NCBI GenBank assembly: GCA_951406725.2 | Contig: OX597825.1 | Coordinates: 54,126,001 to 54,190,000 of the forward strand | Direction of reading: 5' to 3' | Origin: Octopus vulgaris | Taxonomy: Eukaryota | DNA length: 64,000 nt | Shown here: in pieces, positions 29,233 through 42,494 of the stretch | Layout of the letters: each line of letters starts with the position of its first letter | Numbering within the stretch: position 1 is the first letter of the stretch | Notes under the pieces: generated by a model | Told to the model about the DNA's origin: nothing | What the model saw: only the letters and a program-made list of their open reading frames with translations | The model's database searches: none | Position numbers and translations under genes: made by a program

Positions 29233-29613
29233 AGCAGTATCGCCCGGCGTTGCTCAGGTTTGTAAGGGAAATAATTATAAAGCATTTTAAAGAGTGATAG
29301 CCAAAAAATAGCAAAAAAATGGAAAAAAATGATGGTAAATTTTTTTGGGAGATTTAAAAAAGGTGGAGTTGCGTCCCCTAGACAGTTTGTGGTTCGTGTT
29401 TCTGATTCTCGACCCCATGTCGAATTTATCGATTTTTTCAGAACTGGGGGAACTTTTCAAAATTTTCGCTGCGTTAGTTTTGAATTATGACATTGGGCTA
29501 TGTGTGTGTCAAGTTTCATCAGAATCGGTTGAAAGCCGTGGTCAGGGTGAGGGTACAAGCAAACAGACACACAGAAACACGCACAGACAAATTGCCGTTT
29601 ATATAGAGAGAGA
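29231..29613 (-). mobile_element. Non-autonomous Helitron
   Basis: Minus strand 5' TC start and 3' CCTGAGCAACGCCGGG hairpin followed by CGATACTG-CTAG; sits between A and T in (TA)n; 3' end shared with 42858-43252. Confidence 0.8.
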
Positions 29614-29900
29614 TATATATATATTATATACATATATACACGTATACACACATGCACGCGATCATACACACACACAACACACACACATGCACGCACAAAT
29701 ATATAATCTCTTCCTACAGATGATCCATATTCAGTGTGCTGATATTCAAATAGAACAATACGTACGCCTAGAGCCCTTTATTGTCTGAATAGACAGGGTA
29801 GATTATACAACCTGCCTAAGCACGTATCTTAAGCGTTACTATTTTCAGCTCTTATTTTTATACAGTATACATCAAATGATACAAGTACACACACACACAC

Positions 29901-30108
29901 AATTGTTAGAGAGGGAAACAAACGGTAAGGCAAGGCAAACATTTCAAGTCACATACATTATGATTATTGGAAAAAAAAAATTTACAACTGTTTCTACGAC
30001 ATCCCAGAAACAGTTGTAAGACTTTGCTCTTTTTTTCCCAATACTAATAATGTATGTTTACCATGAAATGTTGCCTTGCCCTAACGTTTGTTGTCGTTTT
30101 TAAAAATT
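29901..30108. repeat. Degenerate fold-back centred on TTACAACTGTTTCT-N10-AGAAACAGTTGTAA
   Basis: Outer arms GGCAAGGCAAACATTTCA / TGAAATGTTGCCTTGCC and ACATACATTAT / ATAATGTATGT. Confidence 0.75.
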
Positions 30109-30244
30109 ATATATCCACTACATTGGAAATCTGCAACGGCTCCATAGGTATCGTCGCGGCTAGAACCTTGGAGCCCTAGTCATCCGTTACAGCACTTACC
30201 TAGCGTACCTCGTCGTTAGATCACCTCTGAACTAACCGTCATAT

Positions 30245-30298
<54 letters not shown>

Positions 30299-30299
30299 C

Positions 30300-30485
30300 G
30301 TGTATTTCTGTTTGTGTTTGTCTCACCATCACCGGTGTCGTTGTGTTTACGTACCTGTAACGTAGCGGTTCGGCACAAGAACCGAGAGAATATGTTCTAC
30401 GCTGAAGAAATAAGTTCTGCGGTAAAGGCTGTACTTCAGCATGGCCGCAGGAAAATGACTGAAACAAGTAATAGAATAAAAGAAT
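30300..30485 (+). mobile_element. SINE family A, 3' half
   Basis: GTGTTTACGT..GTAACGTAGCGGTTCGGCA..CAGCATGGCCGCAG..ATGACTGAAACAAGTAA. Confidence 0.7.
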
Positions 30486-30659
30486 AAATAATATGCAATA
30501 TACATGTATACACCTGTCCTCCACGCTTTCACTTTCAAGCGAGGAGAACAATTTGATGTATACCATACTGTCTTTGATTGTTTTATGCTTCCGTACATCG
30601 GAACAGATGCGCGCGCACAAACACACGCTTCCCTCCTGCTCATTTAGACCAAATAAATT

Positions 30660-30923
30660 TTGCGATGTGATGTGAAGAAAGAGATAGATTAGCAATCGGC
30701 TGGCATTCATTTCCAGCTGTGCAGACTGAAGGAGCATAAAATAATCTGCTTTGTTCAATGACTAACATACAGCAAATAGCATTACTAGGCATTGCACACA
30801 TCCTACGTAAAACTCTTTCAATACAGTAACTATAAGAGCATAACAACAAATTACAGCAAATACCCAAGGCACACAGAGCTGCGCTCGGTAGTGAAGTGAA
30901 AGCACGTTATAAAAATAATACTA

Positions 30924-30927
<4 letters not shown>
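30660..30927 (+). mobile_element. Probable 3' end of a further TAA-anchored non-LTR family
   Basis: Ends ACCCAAGGCACACAGAGCTGCGCTCGGT...ACTACTG into (AAT)n, with the same 3' fold pattern as the Dong UTRs; an inverted related fragment lies at ~30520-30592. Confidence 0.4.
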
Positions 30928-31015
<88 letters not shown>

Positions 31016-31059
31016 TGATGATAATAATAATAATGATGATGATGATGATCATGATCATG

Positions 31060-31134
<75 letters not shown>

Positions 31135-31540
31135 GAATCCCTTGCGATCACAATATAGCGGTGAAAGAATTTGACAAGATCAGTAAATATAAAGACTTGC
31201 TAATAGAAATTGAAAAATTTGGCATCTCAAGGCGACTACAATACCAGTGATTGTAGGGGTCTAGGAATGATAAAAAAAGGTAGTGAAACCTATTTGAAAA
31301 TGATATCAGGCTTACCATCCCTACAGGAAGTGCAAAAAATCGTGTTAACTGGAAGAGCATTATCGCTGTGAAAACAACATCCATTCATGAATTTATTTAT
31401 TTAATTTTTAAATACATTTGTTACCTGTGAATTTGCGTGTGTAATCTGGGAATGCATACAATGAGTTTCTTTGCCCTAGGTGTACGGAAAACATTCGGCG
31501 AGAAATGGAAGAAAATTTGAAGAAAGAAGGAAAAAAACAA
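31135..31540 (+). mobile_element. R4/Dong 3' fragment, divergent family
   Basis: Encodes IPCDHNIAVKEFDKISKYKDLLIEIEK/WHLKATTIPVIVG/LGMIKKG..LQEVQKIVLTG with frameshifts; (TAA)n on both sides. Confidence 0.85.
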
Positions 31541-31557
31541 CAACAACAACAACAATA

Positions 31558-31684
<127 letters not shown>

Positions 31685-31699
31685 TAATAATAATAATAA

Positions 31700-32090
31700 A
31701 AGCTTACTGATTTGGAATTACCAAGCGAATGTGATGGAGAATGGAGTAGATCCAAACTGCACTGATGAGATTGAAACAGAGGATGTAATGCTTTGGCTCC
31801 AGTGGAGTATTAATCAAGACATGACAGAGTTGGCCAATTAGAGTTGATTTTATATTACCGACAGGTTAATATGTAGGCATTATAAAAAAAATTGTTGTCA
31901 AGTGGTGTAAGCATCACCCTAAGGCTGTATCTGTGGGAGAAAATGTAACGATTCTTAGGGTCTTTCTAGGACATACAGATAAAATCATCACAACTAACAA
32001 ACTGGCTATTGTTTCAAAAAACCAAAATAACAGTCTGTTTAGTGATCGACGTGCGTATACCTTGTGATCATAATACATTGGCAAAAGGTA
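31700..32090 (+). mobile_element. Decayed R4/Dong fragment (CCHC to REL region)
   Basis: NYQANVMENGVDPNC, GCNALAPVEY*SRHDRVGQ, KWCKHHPKAV..GENVTIL, CLVIDVRIPCDHN. Confidence 0.75.
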
Positions 32091-32230
32091 TTATGATCAC
32101 TTTTATGGCATACTTTTATGGCATAAATCGCTCTCACACTCAATACTACCACTACTATTACTACTACTACTACTACTACTAATACTACTAATACTACTTC
32201 TACTATTACTATTACTACTACTACTACTAC

Positions 32231-33476
32231 GAAGACGAAGAAGAAGAAGAAGAAGAAGAAGAAGAAGAAAAAGTAGTAGAAGAAGAAGAAGAAGTGGAAG
32301 AAGTAGAAGTAGAAGAAGAAGAAGAAGAAGAAGAAGAAGAAGAAGAAGAAGAAGAATTAGAAGAAGAAGAAGTAGAAGAAGAAAAAGCAGAAGAAGAAGA
32401 AGAAGAAGAAGAAGAAGAAGAAGAAGAAGAAATAGAAGAAGTAGAAGAAATAGAAGAAGGAGAAGAAGAGGAAGTAGAAGAGGTAGAAGAAATAGAAGAA
32501 GAAGAAGAAGACGAATAAGTAGAAGAAGAACACGAAGAAGTAGAAGAAATAGAAGAAATAGAAGAAGAAGAAGAAGAAGAAGAAGAAGAAGAAGAAAAAA
32601 GAAGTAAAAGAAGAAGAAGGAGAAGAAGAAGTAGAAGAAGAAGACGAAGAAGTAGAAGGAATAGAAGAAGAAGTAGAAGAAATAGAAGAAAAAGAAGAAG
32701 AAAAAGAAGTAAAAGAAGTAAAAGAAGAAGACGAAGAAGTAGAAGGAATAGAAGAAGGAGAAGAAGAAGACGAAGAAGAAGAAGAGGAAAAAGAAGTAAA
32801 AGAAGTAAAAGAAGTAAAAGAAGAAGAAGTAGAAGTAAAAAAAGAAGAAGAAGTAGAAGAAAAAAGAAGGAAAAGAAGAAGAAAAAGAGGTAAAAGAAGA
32901 AGAAGAAGAAGTAAAAGAAGAAGAAGAAGGAGAAGTAGAAGAAAAAGAAGTAAAAGAAGAAGAAGTAGAAGAAAAAGAAGTAGAAGAAAAAGAAGTAGAA
33001 GAAAAGAAGAAAAAGAAGAAGTAGAAAAGAAAGAAGTAGAAGAAAAGAAGAAAAAGAAGAAGAAGAAAAGAAAAGAAGTAGAAGAAAAAGAAGAAAAAGA
33101 AGTAAAAGAAGAAGAAAAAGAAGTAAAAGAAGAAGAAGAAAAAGAAGATGTAGAAGAAAAAGAAGAAAAAGGAGAAGAAAAAGAAGTAAAAGAAGAAGAA
33201 AAAGAAGTAAAAGAAGAAGAAAAAGAAGTAAAAGAAGAAGAAAAAGAAGTAAAAGAAGAAGAAAAAGAAGTAAAAGAAAAAGAAGGAGAAGAAGAAGTAG
33301 AAGAATAGAAGAAGGAGAAGAAGAGGAAGTAGAAGAAGTAGAAGAAGAAGTAGAAGAAGTAGAAGGAATAGAAGAAGGAGAAGAAGAGGAAGTAGAAGGA
33401 GTAAAAGAAGTAGAAGGAATAGAAGAAGAAGAAGTAGAAGAATTAGAAGAAAAAGAAGTAGAAAAAGAAGTAAAAG

Positions 33477-33508
<32 letters not shown>

Positions 33509-33790
33509 CAAGAAGAAGACGAAGAAGTAGAAGTAATAGAAGAAGGAGAAGTAGAAGAAATAGAAGAAAAGAAGAAGAAAAAGAAGTAAAAGAAGAAGAA
33601 GAAGTAGAAGAGGAAGAAGACGTAGAAGTAGAAGAATTAGAAGAAGGAGAAGAAGGAGAAGAAGGAGAAGAAGAAGAAATAGAAGAAGAAGAAGAAGAAG
33701 AAGAAGAAGGAGAAGAAGAAGAAGGAGAAGAAGAAGAAGAAGAAGAAGAAGAAGAAGAAGAAGAAGATGAAGAAGAAGAAGAAGAAAAAG
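32231..33790. repeat. 1.56-kb degenerate (GAA)n polypurine tract with higher-order units
   Basis: GAA interspersed with GTA, AAA and GGA; the 21-mer AAAAAGAAGTAAAAGAAGAAG is tandemly repeated near 33160-33280. Confidence 0.95.
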
Positions 33791-33794
33791 AATT

Positions 33795-33990
33795 CTTACT
33801 AGTATAGGCACAAGGCTTCAAATGTTCGATGGGAGTTGGTAAATACATGTAATCCACTACAGTGATTGACTGGTACATTTTTTAACAAGTCCGAAAGAAT
33901 CAATGGCACAATTGACATCAGAGCGTATAGATGGATGAAATGCATGCCGCTCTGCATGCATTTCGTCTTGAACGCTAATGATTCTGCGTG
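33795..33990 (-). mobile_element. Degenerate SINE family B
   Basis: CTAGTATAGGCACAAGGC tail and ACTGGTAC..CCGAAAGAAT core match other family-B copies. Confidence 0.55.
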
Positions 33991-35024
33991 GACACTGCTT
34001 TTTTCTCTATTATATCATTTCCAATTGAAAAAAATTACATTAACGTATCACAGGACATATCAACTAGTTTTTGTCTAAAAGAACTTTGTGTCTCACCTTG
34101 TATTCGTCGTTGTTGTTTAGCGGGAAAGAAGGTCCTCGGTGACCATTCATATAATCAAAGATGTTTTATCCATGATCATTCTATCCGTTTAGAAATATCT
34201 ATGAATATATCAAGTATATATTGTTTCCGGGAAGGGCAACTAGCTGGCAAGATCTTTGACACGGTGCCGAAATACTTAAAAGTATGTATCAGTTCAGTAC
34301 AGGGATCGATGCAATCGAGTTGCTCCCTCCATTGAAATTGTTGGTCTTGTACCAATTTTCAAATGAATAAATTGTTCAGAGAATAATATTTGTTGCCATC
34401 TACTCCATCAAATGATTTTAGGGTAGTTTGGCTTCCATGTCGAGCGAGCACAGAGAGGTACACGTAACTTCTGAAGAAGTTATGGCCCATAAAATCTTTC
34501 CATAACAATTCACAATTATTAATTTATCTTATTCATAGCGTGTTACTCACAAGTTACTGTCAAATGATTTATTCCACACACACACACACACAGACACACA
34601 CACACACACACATTCACACATATGCATACACAGGAACACAAACGTCCGTCCGCCGTAGGAACATAACTGAGAACCAGTAGAGAATTACAATGGTTTATAC
34701 TTGAACCTTATCCCGGAGTATGTAATGTATTTCAAGTTAATTTTATTTAACTCGTTTCACTTTCGTGAATGATTTTATAAACCAATATCTGAGGAAGACA
34801 ACACGCGAAACACACTCTCCTATCATTTCCCTCTTTCACTTACTCGCTCTTTCTCTCTCAAGCTTTCTCCACCCCTCATTCTCTCTTAATTTCATTTTCT
34901 CGCTCGCTCGTTCGATAAAGGACTTGAGTCCAAATCGTTGTTTCTCGCTTTTTACGAATGCCTCACAATGCAGCACGTTTGCAAATATCGAGATAAACAC
35001 CTGAAGAAAAACCATCAGAGGGTG

Positions 35025-35222
35025 GAGAGAGAGAGGGGGAGGGAGAGAGGGAGGGAGAGGGGGAGAGAGGGGGAGGGAGAGAGTGAGAGGGAGAGAGGGG
35101 GAGTAGGAGAGAGAAGGAGAGGGAGAGAGAGGGGGAGGGAGAGAGAGAGGGAGAGGGAGAGAGAGGGGGTTGGGAGAGGGAGAGAGAGGGGGTTGGGAGA
35201 GAGAGAGGGAGAGAGAGCGGGG
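35025..35222. repeat. G/GA-rich polypurine tract
   Basis: (GA)n with multiple GGG+ runs. Confidence 0.9.
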
Positions 35223-36851
35223 AGAATTTCGTGGACTTAGGGGAGTCTTAGCGAGAATGTCATTCTAGAGATAAGCGTTAAAAAATCCCGGAGTCTTTCA
35301 CAGATTTGGACGTGCAGATGTGGACACAGGAGGAGGACTTTTGGGGCTGACAGTATCTGAACGGGAATACAAAAAACAAATTTTGGCGTTTTCAGGTCTG
35401 TCGTACTCCATGTTTTATATTTGTTCTATATTTACGGGACTTGAACACTCACCGGGGCCCTTAGGAGCCGTCTAAACTTGCTTCACCAGATTATGCTTTA
35501 CCATTTGTCGAACTTCGTATCCCACCCAACGGCTATACTCAGTAACTGGGATGTTTCCTGTTACATGACCAAGCTGTCAGCTCAGACGGTTTAGTCATGG
35601 TACTCGATTTTACGAGTGGGTCGTAGTGTATCGTTTTCTCTTTTCTGAGGGTCCGGCTGAGGTGATGGCTCGTGTTGGTTGTCCACATGTCAAATGATCA
35701 CGGCAGATGAGGGAGTGTCTCGCAGGTATCAGACTGATTTTAACATAAGTGGCAAGCCTGTCCGGGACAGTCCCAGCAAATACCGACAAATAGGGGACGG
35801 ATCGATAAAAATACATTGTGAGAACGATAAGGAACTTATTTTATCGATAGTGAGGATCTGAAAGGTAGTTTAACTCGGTCGGAGCTAGTAATATAAAGGG
35901 ACGTAATTAGGTATGGCAATACATCTAATCCGTTATTTTGTTTCTCGGCATCCCTTGACTGATATTGTTTGTGTGTTTATTTATTTATTTATTTATTTAT
36001 TTATTAGTACAATTGGTGGGTCTATGCGTCGACGATTACAGACTTATATCTGACTAATCATTACGTCAGTTTATTTCCGATGTTGACAGAGAACATATAT
36101 CGCAGTTTAATTTCAAATATACATACAATATATAGGCCGTACAAAACCGTGTACACGTGAGCGCACGCGCATGCACACGCAAACACACAGACACCCACAC
36201 CCACACACATATTTATATATAAGTGTGTGTGTGTAACATTTTAATGGTCGAACTGAAATTACAATTAGCTATAAATAATAGCGTTTAAATGTTGGACTAA
36301 AATTTCGTTTGGATAAAAAAAATTCGAGTTCCACCGTTAAAAAGACTTATTTTACGTCTCCCGAAGCTTCTAAAGTCATATAAAATAAACAAGATATACA
36401 TACGTACATCCATCTATCTATAAATACATATCTGTGTGTGTGTGTATACGCATATATACATATACAAATAGATTATATACTGGTGTACACGTATAGGTAC
36501 GTATGTATATTTTACTTGATAGGTCATAATTGATGATTCGCTCAATTGTTAAGTTGTTGCTTTACAAATGAGATCAAAGGAGCAAAAGGATAATAATCGT
36601 GAATAATTAACTATTTATCTATAGATACACTTCTGCATCATGTACTAGAAGTTTTTTTGTTTGCATAGTTTGTGTATACATGTGTGTGTATATCTATTGC
36701 TATATCTGTCTGTCATCATGTCTAATTACATGTATGTGTTTGTATTTATGTGTGTGTTTGGGTTTGTAGAATTTAAATATATTCTATGCTGTTGATGTTC
36801 AGATAAGATAGAGATGGAATCTTTAGGACGACAAGTTCGAAGTTTGTTCAT

Positions 36852-37030
36852 GCGGCGAGCTTATCGGTATTTCGTCTGTCTTTATGTTTTGAGTTCAAAT
36901 TCCACCGAGGTCGACTTTGCCTTTCATCCTTTCGGGGTCGATAAATTAAGTATCAGTTGCGTACTGGGGGCGATCTAATCAACTGGTCCCTTCCGCAAAA
37001 ATTTCGGGCCTTGTGCCTGGAGTAGAAACG
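36852..37030 (+). mobile_element. SINE family B, head partly deleted
   Basis: GAGTTCAAATTCC B box; GAGGTCGACTTTGCCTTTCATCCTTTCGGGGTCGATAAATTAAGTA core. Confidence 0.85.
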
Positions 37031-37857
37031 AATTTCGTAGTTTGTCCACCGCTCCACAGAAGAGACGTACAATAGCATAAATCAGCTACTATATAAAGCA
37101 AGCAAAAATTGGGTTAGCAGTTTAGGGTTTTGCCTTATTTGCAGACCTGTGCTCAGCATTAATTAGACATTGCTTATTTTATGTAGAGAAACTTAAAAAA
37201 TGTAAACATTTCCTATGCTAATGATATATGAAGTACTTTGTTGATTATATTATCCAAATACTTACTAAATCATTTTATAGTTTTAGAGTCCATAAAATGT
37301 GAAGAGAATGTGGCCATTAGTGTGAAAGGAGATAATTAAGATGATAACAGTCGGACATGCCTACATCTTTGAATGTTCCGAATTTCAACTATGGCTGATT
37401 TAAGTAGAAACATACACCCATATATATGCAGAAACAGAGAATCTCACACGTTTTTGAGTGTGGATGTGAGCCTGCATAAATATGCATGCTAGTGCTGGTG
37501 TCTATGTTTCAATCATAACCGGTGGTTTTCTTATCGTATTATCGTCAAGGCTTTCGTCAAATAGAATTCGATAAAATAAGTACCCGAAATTATTTTCAAT
37601 AGGGGAATTGACATTATTGACAAAATAATTCTACCTTGTATAATGTACACACACACACAAATTATTCATGCATTTTGTACGTAAATGATTTGTGCGTGTT
37701 TGTGTGTACACACACACACACACACATTTATAAAATAACATGTCTGTGTGTTTAAACGCGTATTCACCTACAGACGTAAATGTAAATATATGTATGTATA
37801 TATATGTATACACTTTTTATGTCCTTATCTGTGTGCATATACATGTATATGTGTGTG

Positions 37858-37901
<44 letters not shown>

Positions 37902-38752
37902 CACACAGAGTGAGAAAAATAGAGGGAGAGAGAGACGTGTGAGTATGTGCAGATAAATACGCGTTTCTACATATGGGTGTTTATGTGTATATATATATAA
38001 ATATCTGTTTGTGTGTGTGTGTGAACATTTGTCTATCTATATGCATACGATACCCTCCACAAATATCAACTCAATATCATCTCTGTAGGCGCCCAAATTG
38101 TCACGCAGCGAATTCGAACACAGAAAGGCAATTGTTAACCAGCAGTATGTACATAATATATTTATATGAAATTAATCCGTTTATTATTCTAGGAGTGTAA
38201 ATTCCGTAACTAGCTACAATATGAGAAATTAATCCCTAAAAGTTAATCAGTTTAACCCCGTTTTTTTTTCTCTTTTATCTCATTGTTGACAGTATTAGGG
38301 AATTAATGAACAAATGAGTCAATTTGTATACATGATTAGCGTTGGTAAGCCTTTTATATACAAATAACCAGATGACACAAACGTATAAAGAGATTTAATA
38401 GCGCAGCGGGAATAATAATAATATTAATGTTATTAATAATGATGAGCGATAGTGCTGACAGGAGTGGTTGAAGTGGTTGCCTAAATATTTTAGGGTATGT
38501 CCAGATACCCTAATTTATCTAAGGAGCGGTTTCTTTAATCTGTTACCTTGAACGCTTATTTGGTTGATTTATGATTCATTATCCACAGATCGATCAAAGA
38601 AATATACGTGCGCCAGTGAGTGCATACATGTGTTTATATATTCATTTATATTAATACTACTCGGTAATAGCAGTGAGCCTCTACCTCTGTGAATACTAAC
38701 ACGACACTCGGACTAACATTCACACACACACCCTACAGACACATCTCTTCTG

Positions 38753-39157
38753 GCTCTTTACACTTTTACTTGTTTCAGTCATTTTTACTGCGTCTATGCT
38801 GGAGCACCGCCTTCAGTCTAGCAAATCGACACCAGGACTTATCCTTTGTATGCCTAGTATTTATTCTATCGGTCTCTTTTGCCGAACCACTAAGTTACGG
38901 GTACGTAAATGCGCCAGCATCGGTTGTCAAGCGATGCTGGGGAGACAAACACAGACACACAAACACACACATATATATATACATATACATATATACGACG
39001 GGCGTCTTTCAGTCTCCATCTACCAAATCCACTCACAAGGCTTTGTCGGCCCAGTGCTATGGTAGAAGACACTTGCCCAAGGTGACACGCAGTGAGACTG
39101 AACCGGGAACCATGTGGTTGGTAAGCAAGCTACTTACCACACATCACTCCTGCGCCT
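38753..39157 (-). mobile_element. SINE family A, full length
   Basis: Minus strand AGGCGCAGGAGTGATGTGTGGTAAG..GGTTCAGTCTC..CACCTTGGGCAAGTG. Confidence 0.88.
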
Positions 39158-39244
39158 ATGTATGAATGGAACGTATTTTACAAGAATTTTGATCCGAAAT
39201 CCAATGTTGCAACTAGTATTATATTAAGTGACGTAGTTAATCCT

Positions 39245-39595
39245 TCATACTATAGGCATAAGGGGTGAAATTTTGCAGAGATGCAGGTAGATCACATTGG
39301 CCGTAGTGCACAGCTGGTATTACTTCTTTAACCCCGAAAAGGATAAAAGACGAAGGTGACAGCAAATTTACTCACAACGTAAAACCGGATGAATTGCTGC
39401 TAAGCATTTTCTCAGGTTTGCTAACCATTCCGTCACCTGTCCGTCTTTGGATTACATGTTGAGGATAGTCGATTACATCTTCCACGGTATTTGACAGAAT
39501 GGATGCTAGTCAAAGTCGACTTTCGCGAATGTTTAACTGAGAAAGAAAAGACGGAGGACATGTAGCTAAGCATTTTATCCGGTGTACTAACGTTT
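39245..39595 (-). mobile_element. Two degenerate SINE family-B copies
   Basis: CCCCGAAAAGGATAAAAG..GCTAAGCATTTT and AGTCGATTACATC..CAAAGTCGAC..GCTAAGCATTTT. Confidence 0.55.
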
Positions 39596-39597
39596 CT

Positions 39598-40007
39598 TAT
39601 TTCTTTATTGCCCACAATGGGCTACACACAGAGGGGACAAACAAGGACAGACAAACGGATTAAGTCGATTATATCGACCCCAGTGCGAAACTGGTACTTA
39701 ATTTATCGACCCCGAAAGGATGAAAGGCAAAGTCGACCTCGGCGGAATTTGAACTCAGAACGTAACGGCAGACAAAATACCTATTTCTTTACTACCCACA
39801 ATAAGCTAAACACAGAAAGGACAAACAAGGACAGACAAACGGATTAAGTCGATTATATCGACCTCAGTGCGTAACTGGTACTTAATTTATCGGCCCCGAA
39901 AGGTTGAAAGGCAAAGTCGACCTAGGCGGAATTTGAACTCAGAACGTAGCGGAAGGCGAAATACCACTAAGCATTTCGCCCGATGTGCTAACGTTTCTGC
40001 TAGCTCA
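39598..40007 (-). mobile_element. Dimeric SINE (family-B head/core with a different tail)
   Basis: Two ~185-bp tandem units (39598-39782, 39783-40007); only the 5' unit keeps the A-box head. Confidence 0.85.
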
Positions 40008-40246
40008 CAACATGTGGAGAGCAACATAATAAGCCTGTAAAAACTTTCAGCGGTTGTTGTATGCCCCTATAGCACATTTCTTTATTTTCCCAAAAATTTC
40101 ATGTTTATTTATGTACCCAAACATATTTTTCGAAACAACGATTAAATGCTTTGGAAAAAGATTGAGTCAAATAACTGGTGAGTGAGTTTATAGGCTTTAT
40201 TAATTATGACTTTCCCCAAATATAACACATAGCGACCACCCTGTAT

Positions 40247-40309
<63 letters not shown>

Positions 40310-40326
40310 TTTATGTATGTATGTAC

Positions 40327-40357
<31 letters not shown>

Positions 40358-40750
40358 TGTATACAGGGTGGTCGCAAGAAAAATGTAAAATTCGTGAGAT
40401 GCGGGTTTTCATTTTTTAAAACAACAATATTTTATCTCTGAAGGTCTGGTAGCTAATTCCTTCCGCGGCTTTCTTCCATGATGTGGGTTTTATTCAGAAG
40501 CAAATGACGTCAATGCTTGCAATGTTTACGCGCTCATTCAATAATAGAAACAACGAATCAGAAACCACCTATCACACAGTTTACTTATGATCTAATTAAT
40601 GCTTGTTAGATTTACCTTCAAAATTTCCGCTTTTCCAACGACCACACACACACACACACACACACACAGCTGGGAGAGGTAAAGATGATTTTAGTTCTTG
40701 GAAGACACAATTTTACTCTGATCATTATGGCAAAGTGTGTTATTTACACA

Positions 40751-40834
<84 letters not shown>

Positions 40835-41340
40835 AAGTTTTACGCATAGTTTTTTCTAAGGAATATACTCAAAAGCGCGTATAATTTCATATAAATACTG
40901 AGAGAAGGGAGAGTATGAGAGGAGAGGAAATTATTTTCACCTTATTCAAAACTCTCTTAACATGAAGTTCTTCTCTCTATGTATGCTTATATTTAAGGGT
41001 AAGAAGTATAATTTTTTTATGAGAATATCACATGATTTAATCGTTAAAATTATTCAGCCGAGCATTGACTGTACAAATTCCTCTCCACGCTCCTAAATTT
41101 CTTTTCCATGTCAACAAATCTACGTACTTTCGAAATATCGAAAGAAGTGAGAGACCAACTGAATACCTGCCGATTTCTCTATCCTATCAAATCACAATCA
41201 TAGACTAACTGCTTGGATTTTAATATAAACATCAGCCAGCGATATGACAAAGTCACTAGAAAAGTACACAAACTGATTCTTTGTATAGTGTGGGCCAGAA
41301 GTAACGCAACACATCATTTGACATTTAATTCACAGTTATA

Positions 41341-41386
<46 letters not shown>

Positions 41387-41665
41387 CATATTACATTAGT
41401 AATGAAACAATTTGTTCAGGGTCAATCTATTTATTCGTTATATTTCACTTTCCTTCCGTTAAATGTATGTTATTTCTAATTGGAAACATCGTTTTCTGTG
41501 GCTATACTATCGGGGCTGTTTTTAGCACTAGAGTTATCCACATAGTGGTTAACTCTCTAATAATTTATGTATAAATTTGTATTTTCTCCGTAGTTTTTTG
41601 TGCTAAGCCACTCGGTGTTAAATTAATGGTATTATTAAATTAATATCAATTTTTCACCCTCATTT

Positions 41666-41711
<46 letters not shown>

Positions 41712-41719
41712 TTTTGCAC

Positions 41720-41960
41720 AGAAATCATTTCCACTCTCTAAACTAAAAAGTAGGATCCAAAACGAAGAGCAGTTCGACATCAGTGGGTACATTTGCAGTC
41801 GCAGGTTTTCTATCAGTGTCCTTCTCCCAGGCTTTGCCCAACCAAAGCCTAACTACAAAACTGCAGTAAAATATTTAAATTCAGAGTTACTTTCTCCTAG
41901 ATAGACAAGCTTCGCCAAGGCTCGGGTAAACGGAGGAGCTCTATCCACCCCTCATCTATT
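41720..41960 (-). mobile_element. Possible RTE-clade 5' region fragment
   Basis: Minus strand TCTAGGAGAAAGTAACTCTGAATTTAAA resembles a motif I recall from RTE 5' UTRs. Confidence 0.3.
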
Positions 41961-42275
41961 TATTTAAAAAAGAAACTAAAATAAGAAAAATAAAGAATTA
42001 AACATTGAGATAAAATTTACTAAAATTAAGAATAAAATTGACATACAATACATACAATTTAAAACAATATACAATGTGCACAGGCAAAGGTTGAAATATA
42101 ATATATACAATACATACACACGCACACACACATACACACAAACACTCCACACACGTCCACAAACACACGTTGTTGAAAGGCCGTTGACTACGCTGTAGTA
42201 CCTCCGCAATTTGACGTTGTCTTACTTTTTTTGTCCCGCAGGGAGCCCAACAAGCAAGGCTGGTGGGGTTGCCAG

Positions 42276-42335
<60 letters not shown>

Positions 42336-42383
42336 TATATGAGTAACAATAAAAGTGTACGTGTCAATGTGGAGTAAAACATT

Positions 42384-42494
42384 TACAGTGTTTCTGATTT
42401 AGTAGCAGAATCAGTATAAGTGTTTTATTCCGTGGATTTTAAAATGTTAAATCATTTTCAATGTCCTTTATCTTGAAGTTCATGAATTCATCAG
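42384..42494 (-). ncRNA. Hammerhead-like motif (PLE-type terminal repeat)
   Basis: Minus strand CTGATGA...GAAAC-ACT-GTA running toward (TA)n; stem II pairing unclear. An opposite-strand GAAAC-GGCC-GTA lies at ~42555. Confidence 0.35.

Noticed and set aside
32103-33878. 591-aa minus-strand ORF (poly-S/L/F) and Glu-rich plus-strand ORFs
   Set aside because: Translation of a (TTC)n-type repeat that lacks stops by composition; no domain, and plus-strand frames are broken by TAG/TAA
39598-40007. CRISPR-like or regular repeat-spacer array
   Set aside because: Two long SINE units, no unique spacers, eukaryotic context
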